Source: Alphaproteobacteria bacterium GM7ARS4 (GTDB lineage Bacteria; Pseudomonadota; Alphaproteobacteria; GM7ARS4). Taken from it: DNA of 64,000 nucleotides. Below are positions 30,384 through 39,808 of this stretch, one piece after another (positions within the stretch are counted from its first letter, which is position 1; each line of letters begins with the position of its first letter). Both the position numbers and the translations under genes were made by a program. The notes under the pieces are model-generated. The model saw only the letters and a program-made list of their open reading frames with translations. It made no database searches and was not told where the DNA came from. The stretch covers positions 28,687 through 92,686 of the forward strand of contig JACONL010000001.1 in the NCBI GenBank assembly GCA_014332745.1, written 5' to 3'.

Positions 30384-31604
30384 ATGCCTTTTAAGAAAAT
30401 TCGTGTGAAAAATCCTGTTGTCGTCCTCGAAGGAGATGAAATGGCGGCGATTCTCTGGCAGAAAATAAAAGAATGTCTTATCTTGCCATTCCTCGACCTC
30501 CCCATCCTCTCCTTCGATTTAAGTATTCTCCATCGAGACGCCACCGATGACGCCGTCACCATCGAGGCGGCGCGCGCCATCGCCCGCCATGGCGTCGGCA
30601 TTAAATGCGCCACCATTACCGCCAATGCACAACGCCAAGAAGAATTTCACCTCAAACAACTCCTCCCATCGCCCAATGGCACCATACGCCAACGACTCAA
30701 TGGCATCGTCTTTCGAGAACCCATCGTCTTTCCCGTTCTCACAAGCCCCATACCCCAATGGCGTCAACCCATTATCATCGCCAGACACGCCTATGGCGAC
30801 CAATATGCCGCCACAGAAATGTCAACAACAGCAGGAACACAACTCCAGATGGCAGACACAAGGAGTCAAAACGCCAAGCGCCACGCTATACACACGTTCA
30901 CAAGCGACGGCGTCGCCATGGCACTCTACAATGAAGACACATCCATCATATCCTTTGCGCGCACATGCTTTCGCTACGGCTTGGAACGCTCCCTCCCCGT
31001 CTACTTTGCCAGCAAAGATACCATCCTCAGAGTCTATGACGGACGCTTTCGCGCCCTCTTCGCCGACATCTATGAAACAGAATTCAGACAGGCGTTTCAG
31101 GAGAAAAAAATCTTTTATCAGTATCGTCTCATTGACGACATGGTCGCCATGGCGTTACGGAGTCATGGCGGTTTCATATGGGCATGTAAAAATTATGATG
31201 GTGACGTCATGTCGGATATGGTGGCACAAGGATTTGGCTCGCTCGGCATGATGACGTCGATTCTTATGACAGAAGACGGCAATATCGTTGAGAGTGAAGC
31301 CGCCCATGGCACCGTCACAAACCATTTTCGACAACATCAACAAGGATTAGAGACATCGACAAACCCTATTGCCTCTATCTTCGCATGGAGTCGTGGCTTG
31401 TTGTGGCGAGGACGCTTCGACCATCATCAGCCCCTCCAAACATTTTGCGCCCTCCTAGAACAAGCCTGCATGGAGACCCTTCATCAAGGCATCATGACGA
31501 AAGATTTAGCATTGCTCACAAGCCCCGCCCAGACATGGCATACAACCGACCAATTCATACGCCATGTCGCCCGCACACTCTCCTCTAAAATCGATAGCCA
31601 GTGA
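30384..31604 (+). CDS. icd: NADP-dependent isocitrate dehydrogenase (eukaryotic-type homodimeric, ~405 aa)
   Basis: N-terminus KNPVVVLEGDEMAAILW. 406 aa, a length typical of IDH1/IDH2-like enzymes. Confidence 0.9.
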   Translation: MPFKKIRVKNPVVVLEGDEMAAILWQKIKECLILPFLDLPILSFDLSILHRDATDDAVTIEAARAIARHGVGIKCATITANAQRQEEFHLKQLLPSPNGTIRQRLNGIVFREPIVFPVLTSPIPQWRQPIIIARHAYGDQYAATEMSTTAGTQLQMADTRSQNAKRHAIHTFTSDGVAMALYNEDTSIISFARTCFRYGLERSLPVYFASKDTILRVYDGRFRALFADIYETEFRQAFQEKKIFYQYRLIDDMVAMALRSHGGFIWACKNYDGDVMSDMVAQGFGSLGMMTSILMTEDGNIVESEAAHGTVTNHFRQHQQGLETSTNPIASIFAWSRGLLWRGRFDHHQPLQTFCALLEQACMETLHQGIMTKDLALLTSPAQTWHTTDQFIRHVARTLSSKIDSQ

Positions 31605-32265
31605 TAAGACCAAATTGGTTATCCGACGTGATGCCATCGAAACGCTGTCCCCCTTGACGCAAGGTATAGTGAAGGCGGAAAAAAGTGCGCACATAGCGCC
31701 CACCCACCCATTCACTGCCAAAGGAAAAACGACGCTCCGTTTGTGTGAACGTGAGAGACGCCCCACCACCAAAACGCTGGCGATAGCGCGTACGTTGCAC
31801 ACCAAACCCCAGATAAGGCATCATACGCCCAAACAGAAAGAGGCGCGGCATGATATAGCCCACCCGTCCAGACACGCCATAACGAAACCCCTCACTGAGA
31901 CGAAAACCTCGCGCCCTATCAGCCGCAATAAAAGTGCTGTCGCCAATGCCTATCTCTACACCATAGTAAAGGCGACTGAGCTCCTGAAGAGACGCGCCAT
32001 GTAGACGATGTCCCCAACCAACCAACGCCCCATAATATAGCTCGGCATGGGACGAAGAGGCATCACTCCCAAAATTATAATCCACATCGACACCGCCATA
32101 AAGACCATCAAAAATCTCTACATCCTGAAGAAGGGTACGCTGTGACGGCTCTGACGGCACAGCGCCCGCCACAACAACGCCTTCCTGCCATAGAAAGAAA
32201 ACGCCACAGGCAAGGCAATAGACAACATATCTCATGGCATGCGCACCCCTAAAAACGATAGCCAA
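31585..32265 (-). CDS. Outer-membrane beta-barrel protein (porin/OmpA-like barrel family), signal peptide
   Basis: Signal peptide, alternating amphipathic beta strands, and a C-terminal aromatic residue (…TGYRF). Confidence 0.45.
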   Translation of the reverse strand: MAIVFRGAHAMRYVVYCLACGVFFLWQEGVVVAGAVPSEPSQRTLLQDVEIFDGLYGGVDVDYNFGSDASSSHAELYYGALVGWGHRLHGASLQELSRLYYGVEIGIGDSTFIAADRARGFRLSEGFRYGVSGRVGYIMPRLFLFGRMMPYLGFGVQRTRYRQRFGGGASLTFTQTERRFSFGSEWVGGRYVRTFFRLHYTLRQGGQRFDGITSDNQFGLITGYRF

Positions 32266-33118
32266 GAGAAACGCGCAAGCGGTTGTCCGAACGCTCTAAG
32301 AGGTAGGGAGAGGAGTCCATAACAAAGGAGCTGTCCTCTTGCACCTCAAAGACTAATGCGCCCTTCCTGTCGGCATAAAAGGCATGGACATAATCAAGGC
32401 GCACAAACCACTGACCGCGCATGGCATATTCAAGACCGCCACCAAAACGCACGCCATTAATCCAACGCTCGTTGATAGAGTCCTTGCGGACAAATAAGGT
32501 GTCAGCACCAACCCGATAATCGGCGCGCAAAGACCCCGTCCATTCAAGGCGCGTACGCTGCCATCCCCCCAACACATAGACAAGCCATGCGCCATCCTTA
32601 TAACCAAAACGCACATCGGCGCCATAAAAATACGCGACCTCCTCTCGCGCCGTGGCATGCAAATCGGTGACATTGCGCATTCTAGGATTTGTGCCATCAT
32701 CATCACGGACAATCACATTCATTGGTGGATTGCCGCGCACCCTGATGCTCGTCTCATCGATATGGGCATCATCAATGCCTATGACACCCTCCAGCGCGAC
32801 ATATAAACTATAAAAACTATAGGGAATGAACATCTCATAGCCTAAAAAACCACCACCACTGATAGCAATGTCACGCTCACCACTATCAAAGGCTTGACGA
32901 GAGAAAGAAAACGTCCCCGCAGGAAAAGACGACCCGCCATACGCCCCCACATACAGCCCATGGGGATAGAGCTGAGGCTGACGCGGCGGCAGAGTCCTCA
33001 ACGGATTATCATCACGCCCCGTCCCGCCAGCGATACCATCGCCAGCAGCACACACCATCCACAGGGACAGCATCAACGCCACAGATTTTGTCATACAACC
33101 ATATGTCATCACGAACAT
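32249..33118 (-). CDS. Outer-membrane beta-barrel protein, paralog of the downstream gene
   Basis: Signal peptide. C-terminal …SLGYRF, the same terminal motif as its neighbour. Confidence 0.45.
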   Translation of the reverse strand: MFVMTYGCMTKSVALMLSLWMVCAAGDGIAGGTGRDDNPLRTLPPRQPQLYPHGLYVGAYGGSSFPAGTFSFSRQAFDSGERDIAISGGGFLGYEMFIPYSFYSLYVALEGVIGIDDAHIDETSIRVRGNPPMNVIVRDDDGTNPRMRNVTDLHATAREEVAYFYGADVRFGYKDGAWLVYVLGGWQRTRLEWTGSLRADYRVGADTLFVRKDSINERWINGVRFGGGLEYAMRGQWFVRLDYVHAFYADRKGALVFEVQEDSSFVMDSSPYLLERSDNRLRVSLGYRF

Positions 33119-33127
33119 ACCTCCATA

Positions 33128-33541
33128 TCAATAAGATCCTTGTTCAAGTTCGAGCAACACACCACAGAAATCCCTAGGGTGCAAAAACGCCACCTGATAG
33201 TCATGAGCGCCCTTCTTAATGCCGTCTTTCCCCCCTAACACACGCAAACCCTCCCCCTCCACAGTCGCAACAGCATGGGAGACATCATCCACCGCCAAAC
33301 AGAGATGGTGCAATCCTCCTTGCGGATGTTTCTCTAAAAAAGCACGTATGGGCGACTCCTCACCTAACGGATGAAGCAACTCTATCTTTGTATTCTCTAA
33401 TTCCACAAATACGACTTGGACGCCATGGTCGGGATACTCTTGAATGTCCGACACACGCGCCCCTAAGACATGGCGATAACGCCGACGCGCCTCTTGTAGG
33501 TCTGGAACAACGACCGCCACATGGTTGAGATTCTTTATCAT
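33128..33541 (-). CDS. mce: Methylmalonyl-CoA epimerase / VOC (glyoxalase) family protein
   Basis: 137 aa. LNHVAVVVPDL and HHLCLAVDD metal-binding blocks typical of methylmalonyl-CoA epimerase. Confidence 0.65.
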   Translation of the reverse strand: MIKNLNHVAVVVPDLQEARRRYRHVLGARVSDIQEYPDHGVQVVFVELENTKIELLHPLGEESPIRAFLEKHPQGGLHHLCLAVDDVSHAVATVEGEGLRVLGGKDGIKKGAHDYQVAFLHPRDFCGVLLELEQGSY

Positions 33542-33550
33542 GACACACCC

Positions 33551-35239
33551 TTATACTCTCATAATGCTCACATCGATCACAGGATTCAAGCGATTCTGCT
33601 TCTTGATAATCTTGCTCAGCGCCTCTCGTAAAAGATTCCTCAAGAGAACATCATGGCTGCGCGCCGACCCATCGATAGCATCATACGCGCGTTCCACCTT
33701 GTGACGCCATTGCGCCATATGTTTCTCGTTATCACCCTCATGATACCACATGGTAGGCGCATGAAACACAATATCGTCACGCAAACGCCCCTCGTCATCC
33801 ACCGCCACAACCATATGCACAAAGGCTCTCTCGAAGAGAGATTGCTTGTGCGCCACCGTCTTGCTGTCCAACATGACAAGAGAACCACCATAAACACCCC
33901 GCCGCCCATAGGGAACAGAGCCTATCACCTCCGCCTTCTCCTTCGAGAGACAGACAACAGAGCCATTCCTCACATGCGACGATGGCGTCTTATAGCCTTT
34001 CTCCTCAGCAAATTCTTTATGGGCTAATAAATGGCGGTCCTCGCCATGCACAGGCACGATAAAGCGAGGCGACACAACGTCATACATCGCCGCTAAATCA
34101 CAGCGCGGAGGATGGCCTGACACATGGACGAATCGACTCTCACTATCCACCATGTGGATGCCTTGAGCACGAAAACGATTGTAAATATCACCAACAGCCT
34201 TCTCGTTACCCGGAATGACTCGAGAAGAAAAGACAACGACATCGCCTTCCTCTAGCCTCACCTTGTCATGGCCGCCATAGGCAAGACGACTCATGACAGC
34301 CCGCGGCTCCCCTTGAGAGCCCGTGCAGATATAGACGACCATGCCACGCTCCATCCTCGCCCCTTCCTCTTCGCCCAAGAACATGATGTCCTCGATGCTC
34401 TTATGCCTCAGCGCCGCTTGGTGATAACGATACATGGAACGTCCCACAAGCACAGGATGGCGCTTATTAGACAAAGCCGCCTTGGCAATACTCTCGATAC
34501 GGGTGATGTTGGACGCAAAGCACGTGAAAATGATACGCCTGCCTTCATACTCCTTTATCAAAGAGACAAACGCCTCACGCAAACCCGCTTCCGTGCCATG
34601 ATGCTTCTCTTCAAAAACATTGGTCGAATCACACATGAGGGCAAGAATGCCCCCATCCTTGTCCGCCACGCGACGAAGCGCCTGCTGACTCTCCTTTGGC
34701 GCTTTGAGCGGCTCACTATCAAAATACCAGTCACCGCTATGAATCATCCGACCATAGTCTGTCTCTATCATCAAGGCGCAACTCTGAGGAATGGAATGAT
34801 TAACCCCTATCATCTGCACACGGAAATCCTCAACGGAAAAACGCTGTCCCGCCTCTACAACATTGAGTCCACCCTTCCTATACAAGCCCGCATCCTTCAA
34901 CTTACGCTCAATCAATGTGGCGGTCAGAGGATTCGCCCACAGGCGAGGACGCCCTAACATATCCCATACATAAGGAATAGCGCCAATATGGTCTTCATGC
35001 CCATGTGTCAACACAAAACCAAGCAAAGAGTCCTTATGAGGCAATAACACATCCAACTGAGGCACGATGACATCAATGCCCAGTGTCCGCCCATCACCAA
35101 ATGTGACCCCTAAATCAACGCCTAACCATTTCCCCTTATAGCCATATAACGCGCAATTCATGCCTATTTCCCCCAACCCCCCTAAGGGAACAAAGAGCAT
35201 ACCCTTGTCATCAGGCGTTGGCAGTCTCGCATCAACCAT
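33551..35239 (-). CDS. rnj: Ribonuclease J (beta-CASP metallo-beta-lactamase RNase)
   Basis: HGHEDHIGA motif plus beta-CASP and C-terminal domains. 562 aa. Confidence 0.9.
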   Translation of the reverse strand: MVDARLPTPDDKGMLFVPLGGLGEIGMNCALYGYKGKWLGVDLGVTFGDGRTLGIDVIVPQLDVLLPHKDSLLGFVLTHGHEDHIGAIPYVWDMLGRPRLWANPLTATLIERKLKDAGLYRKGGLNVVEAGQRFSVEDFRVQMIGVNHSIPQSCALMIETDYGRMIHSGDWYFDSEPLKAPKESQQALRRVADKDGGILALMCDSTNVFEEKHHGTEAGLREAFVSLIKEYEGRRIIFTCFASNITRIESIAKAALSNKRHPVLVGRSMYRYHQAALRHKSIEDIMFLGEEEGARMERGMVVYICTGSQGEPRAVMSRLAYGGHDKVRLEEGDVVVFSSRVIPGNEKAVGDIYNRFRAQGIHMVDSESRFVHVSGHPPRCDLAAMYDVVSPRFIVPVHGEDRHLLAHKEFAEEKGYKTPSSHVRNGSVVCLSKEKAEVIGSVPYGRRGVYGGSLVMLDSKTVAHKQSLFERAFVHMVVAVDDEGRLRDDIVFHAPTMWYHEGDNEKHMAQWRHKVERAYDAIDGSARSHDVLLRNLLREALSKIIKKQNRLNPVIDVSIMRV

Positions 35240-35281
35240 CAGTATATCCTTTTACCACGCTATCCATCTGTCTTCTCTCTC

Positions 35282-36067
35282 TCATGTCTTTGTGTCTGTT
35301 TGCGCCTTATATAAATGACACAAACCTCTCAAGGTCAAATGGGCATCATAACGTTCTATGAGTCCAGAACACGCATGCGTCAAAAAATCGCCATAGCCCC
35401 CGCACCCCACAACAAGCAGGTCGGAATAATGCTGTCGCACGCGACGAAGAATGCCCTCTATCAACCCTATATACCCCCAATAGAGACCAGAACGCAAGGC
35501 ATCCTCTGTATTCCTCCCAACCACAGGCGGCATGCCACACCCCTCGAAGGATACTGGCGACAAAAGCGCTGTGCTTCCCACCAAGGCATGCATAGACACA
35601 CCAAAGCCAGGGGCGATCGCGCCCCCTCGATAATGCCCCTCTCCATCGACAACATCAAACGTCGTCGCCGTGCCACAATCGATGGCAAGGGCGGGCAAAC
35701 GCCCCGCCTCCACCAACGCCTTGGCATTGGCAAGGCGGTCAGCACCCACCATAGACGGATGGTCTACAGCCAAGACTGGAACACCCGCCATCTTATAGGA
35801 CACATAACAAGGAAGACAACCCACATCATCACGACAAAAATCCGAGAGGGGACGCTCCACAGAGGGAACAACGCTGGCAATAATGACACCCTCTATATCA
35901 CCCAACCCACAACCCACCGTCGATAAAAATCCTGTCATCATGACGCTATATTCGTCTTTCTGACACGCCTTACGCACAGACCAACGCCACGTCTTGACAA
36001 GAGCGCCATCCTCTCTGAAAAGACCACAATGGCCATCGCTGTTGCCGACATCAATGGCTAGAAACAT
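35282..36067 (-). CDS. coaX: Type III pantothenate kinase
   Basis: MFLAIDVGNS N-terminus in an ASKHA fold. 261 aa. birA-coaX pairing. Confidence 0.85.
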   Translation of the reverse strand: MFLAIDVGNSDGHCGLFREDGALVKTWRWSVRKACQKDEYSVMMTGFLSTVGCGLGDIEGVIIASVVPSVERPLSDFCRDDVGCLPCYVSYKMAGVPVLAVDHPSMVGADRLANAKALVEAGRLPALAIDCGTATTFDVVDGEGHYRGGAIAPGFGVSMHALVGSTALLSPVSFEGCGMPPVVGRNTEDALRSGLYWGYIGLIEGILRRVRQHYSDLLVVGCGGYGDFLTHACSGLIERYDAHLTLRGLCHLYKAQTDTKT

Positions 36068-36082
36068 CGTCCATCACACACG

Positions 36083-36808
36083 TTACGTCTCCACAAGCGC
36101 TGACGATACATGACGCACCTCGCTATTGCGCATACGCACACATAAACGACCATCAGAGGTTAGGCCTTCGAACATTCCTTCCACCTTTTCTCCATCCATA
36201 TGCAACCGCACGAAGCCACCAAGGCGATAGGCATGACACAACCATTCCTGATAGACCATGTCGTGTGCTTCCTTCTCCTGCCAAAGACGATAACGTCGCC
36301 AGAAAAAAAGGGCAAACCGCTTAAAAACCTCTGCCTCCGTCGACATGATGCCACAAGCATACAACGATGTCACACGCCTGAGAGGCGGCGCAAAACGGAC
36401 ATTCACCCCCACCCCCATGATGACCATAGAACGCCCTCGATACAAACCATGCTCTAAAAGAATACCCGCCAGCTTCTTGCCATCACATAACACATCATTC
36501 GGCCATTTGCACGACACGCGACGCCACCATGCGGGATGACGACACAATGACCGCAATGTCTCCATGAGAGCAAGGCTTGCCATAAAACTCAGTTGAGGAT
36601 AATGCCGTTGCGACACAGAAGGCACAAGGACAAAAGAACAATGAAGATTCCCACGCCTCGATACCCATCGCTTGCCACGCCGACCACGCCCCGCCAGCTG
36701 CCTGTCCACTTTGATGACAAGCCCTTCGCCTTGCCCTCCTTCTCCTATAGGCCAGTGTAGACGCTGTCGCGCCACATCGTTACTGCTCCCCACACAACGT
36801 TTATGCAT
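36083..36808 (-). CDS. birA: Biotin--[acetyl-CoA-carboxylase] ligase
   Basis: GRGRRGKRW signature motif. Start likely MHKRC at 36808, avoiding overlap with nuoN. Confidence 0.75.
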   Translation of the reverse strand: MHKRCVGSSNDVARQRLHWPIGEGGQGEGLVIKVDRQLAGRGRRGKRWVSRRGNLHCSFVLVPSVSQRHYPQLSFMASLALMETLRSLCRHPAWWRRVSCKWPNDVLCDGKKLAGILLEHGLYRGRSMVIMGVGVNVRFAPPLRRVTSLYACGIMSTEAEVFKRFALFFWRRYRLWQEKEAHDMVYQEWLCHAYRLGGFVRLHMDGEKVEGMFEGLTSDGRLCVRMRNSEVRHVSSALVET

Positions 36809-36834
36809 CACGCATAAATGCTTACCGCCATAGC

Positions 36835-38295
36835 CTAACCACCGCCAAAAGATGCCCATAACACAAGCGCCATATCCCAAAAAATACGCGGCACAAAAAT
36901 AAATAAGAGCGTGAATAATACCGACAAAAAGATAACGACATTCCCCTCGACACTCTTCTCCCGATACACGCCATCACCCACCACAGGGTCCATATACATC
37001 ACTTTGATGAACCGCAAATAATAGGCGGCGCTGATAACACTCATCAGCACAGCCCATACGACAAACCATCGATACCCCTCCATAATCGCTGGCACAAAAA
37101 CGTATAATTTCCCAAAGAAACCCGCAAAAGGCGGAATGCCCGCCAAAGAAAACATGAAGAGCGCTAAAGCACACGCCACCCCCTTATGGGACACGCCTAA
37201 CCCCGCTAAATCGTCTATCGTCTCAACCTCGCCCCTCTTCCTTAAAAGACTGAGCAATACCGCAAACACACCCAACATCGTGATGAAGTAAATCATCATA
37301 TACACAAACACAGCCTCAAACCCATGCCCCGCCCACGCCACCGCCCCCACAAGAGCAAACCCCATCTGAGCAATCCCACTATAGGCAATGAAACGTTTGA
37401 GATTGCGCTGTCTTAAAGCCGCCAAACTCCCTATCGTCATGGATAAAACCGACAGCACAAGCACCATCGTCTCGCCCACCACCAAGAATTGACTCATAGC
37501 CACCGCCAGCAAGCGTAAAAACACAAACACCGCCACAAGCTTCGACACCGTCGACATCAACGCCACCACCCCCATGCTCGCCCCCTGATAGACATCCGGC
37601 GCCCACATATGAAAAGGAACAGCTGTCATCTTAAAGGCCATAGCCGACAAGACCATCACGCATGCCACATAAAACGCCACCAACGCATAAGGCTGTGATG
37701 AAAGCGACTCAGACCATTGGGATATATCCCCATAAAATAAAGAGCCGCTCAGCCCATACATGACACTCGCGCCATATAAAAAGATAAGAGACGCAAGCCC
37801 CCCTAAAATGAAAAACTTCATGGCTGCCTCCACCGCTATCACCGACCGATGCCTGATAGCGACCAACACATACAGACAAAGAGCCTGCAACTCCATAGCA
37901 AGGTAAAGAAGCAAGATGTTCGATGACGACACCATGAGCATCATGGCGGTGCTCATCAATAAAATAATGACATGGTGTTCTATCTCATAAGACCACGTCC
38001 TGCGGTCAGCATGATGGGATAAAATCAATAAGAGAGTCGTCCCCATCAACACAATGGAGCGCGCCGACTGAGCGAAGACATCATGGATGAATAAACCGCC
38101 AAAAGGCTCTGGCGAGGATTTCTCATAGAGAAACACCAGCAATAATTGCGCGGTAATCATCGCCAACAGGACATATCCATGGGCACTCGCCTTGGAAAAA
38201 GATGAAAACAACGCCCCTTGCAACAACAACAGAAGCGCCGTCGCCACAAGAACCAATTCGGGAAGAAGAGCAAGATAGTCGGCAACAGGAAACAC
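36835..38295 (-). CDS. nuoN: NADH-quinone oxidoreductase subunit N
   Basis: 14-TM antiporter-like subunit, last gene of the nuo operon. Confidence 0.9.
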   Translation of the reverse strand: MFPVADYLALLPELVLVATALLLLLQGALFSSFSKASAHGYVLLAMITAQLLLVFLYEKSSPEPFGGLFIHDVFAQSARSIVLMGTTLLLILSHHADRRTWSYEIEHHVIILLMSTAMMLMVSSSNILLLYLAMELQALCLYVLVAIRHRSVIAVEAAMKFFILGGLASLIFLYGASVMYGLSGSLFYGDISQWSESLSSQPYALVAFYVACVMVLSAMAFKMTAVPFHMWAPDVYQGASMGVVALMSTVSKLVAVFVFLRLLAVAMSQFLVVGETMVLVLSVLSMTIGSLAALRQRNLKRFIAYSGIAQMGFALVGAVAWAGHGFEAVFVYMMIYFITMLGVFAVLLSLLRKRGEVETIDDLAGLGVSHKGVACALALFMFSLAGIPPFAGFFGKLYVFVPAIMEGYRWFVVWAVLMSVISAAYYLRFIKVMYMDPVVGDGVYREKSVEGNVVIFLSVLFTLLFIFVPRIFWDMALVLWASFGGG

Positions 38296-38296
38296 G

Positions 38297-39796
38297 TCAC
38301 CCCCCCTGCCTTATGACAGACGCCCTATCAAATAAGGGCGTGAACGCTGAGACAGCCTCTTGCACCAGCTCTAAATAGAGCAAGGGATAGACGCCTAACC
38401 CCACAATAAGCAACGTCCACATCCACAAGACACACGCATCGATAAGAGCAACCTTCGACAACCCCATACATTGAGGCGTCACCTCACCGAAAAACACACG
38501 GCGATAAAACGCCAGCATATACATAGCTGATAACACGACACCGCTTGCCGCCAGCGCCGCCCATAACCAATGCGCCTCCCACACGCCATGCAACGTCATG
38601 AACTCGCCAATGAAACCGCTCGTCCCCGGTAAACCAACAGACCCCAACGTATAGACCATCATCATCACGCCAAATAACGGCATCACCTTTGCCACGCCGC
38701 CATACACAGAAAACGCTCGGCTGTGCGTCTGCTCGTAGAGAAGACCTATCCCCATAAACAAGGCGGCCGAAATGACACCATGACTGACCATCTGCATGAG
38801 CGCCCCTTGCATGCCCTGCTCAGTGAAAGAAAAAATACCCAGTGTCACATAGCCCATGTGGGCGATAGACGCATAAGCAATCAAACGTTTCATATCTGTC
38901 TGTTGCCACGCCACAAGAGACGTGTAGATGATCGCGATAATACTCAAAACATACATCATCGGCGCGAAATAGAGACTCGCATCGGGAAAGAGAGGAAGAG
39001 ACAGGCGCATAAAACCATAAGCGCCCAGCTTCAGCAAAATCCCGGCCAAAAGCATAGAGCCAGCTGCTGGTGCTTCCACATGGGCTAAAGGCAACCAACT
39101 ATGGACAGGCCACATAGGCAATTTCACCGCAAATGACGCAAAAAAAGCGAGCCATAAACCATATTGCAACGACTCAGGAACGCCAGCCCGACCAATAAGG
39201 ATCATATCTGTCGTCCCTATCTCCTGATAGAGCACAAGAATGGCCACAAAAAATAAGAGCGAACCCGTCAACGTATACAGAAAAAACTTAAACGTGGCAT
39301 AAATCCTCCTCTCGCCACCCCATATGCCAATGATAAAAAACATAGGCACTAACACAGCCTCGAAAAAAATGTAGAAAGGGATTAAATCCAAAGAAAGCAA
39401 CGCCCCCGTTGTGAAACTCTCTAACACCATAAAGGCCACTAAATACTCCTTCACGCGATATGTCATCGCCCGACTGGCAAGCAATGACGCCCACGTCAAA
39501 AAAGATGTGAGGACAACAAGCCCCAGAGAAATCCCATCCACACCCACATGATAGCCAATGGAAAAAGGCGCAAACCACTCGAGAGTCTCGACAAATTGAT
39601 AGCCTGCTTGCGAAGAGTCAAAAGCATAGGCAAGGACACAACTGAGCCCAAGATGCGCTGTCGCCCCCCACAAGGCTAAAAAGCGCGTGTTCGAAGCGAC
39701 ACGCGCCTCCCGCCCGCGAACAAGGATGATGAAGAGCGCCGTCACCAAAGGCAGAAAAATCAATACCGACAGAATGGGAAAATCAACGAATGTCAT
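38297..39796 (-). CDS. nuoM: NADH-quinone oxidoreductase subunit M
   Basis: 499 aa antiporter-like subunit, by operon position and family motifs. Confidence 0.9.
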   Translation of the reverse strand: MTFVDFPILSVLIFLPLVTALFIILVRGREARVASNTRFLALWGATAHLGLSCVLAYAFDSSQAGYQFVETLEWFAPFSIGYHVGVDGISLGLVVLTSFLTWASLLASRAMTYRVKEYLVAFMVLESFTTGALLSLDLIPFYIFFEAVLVPMFFIIGIWGGERRIYATFKFFLYTLTGSLLFFVAILVLYQEIGTTDMILIGRAGVPESLQYGLWLAFFASFAVKLPMWPVHSWLPLAHVEAPAAGSMLLAGILLKLGAYGFMRLSLPLFPDASLYFAPMMYVLSIIAIIYTSLVAWQQTDMKRLIAYASIAHMGYVTLGIFSFTEQGMQGALMQMVSHGVISAALFMGIGLLYEQTHSRAFSVYGGVAKVMPLFGVMMMVYTLGSVGLPGTSGFIGEFMTLHGVWEAHWLWAALAASGVVLSAMYMLAFYRRVFFGEVTPQCMGLSKVALIDACVLWMWTLLIVGLGVYPLLYLELVQEAVSAFTPLFDRASVIRQGG

Positions 39797-39808
39797 CGTC
39801 TCAACATA

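Noticed and set aside
36835-36880. 46-nt overlap between birA and nuoN implied by the longest birA ORF
   Set aside because: A BirA-like N-terminus appears only from MHKRCVGSSNDVARQRL at 36808. The longer form is probably an upstream artefact.
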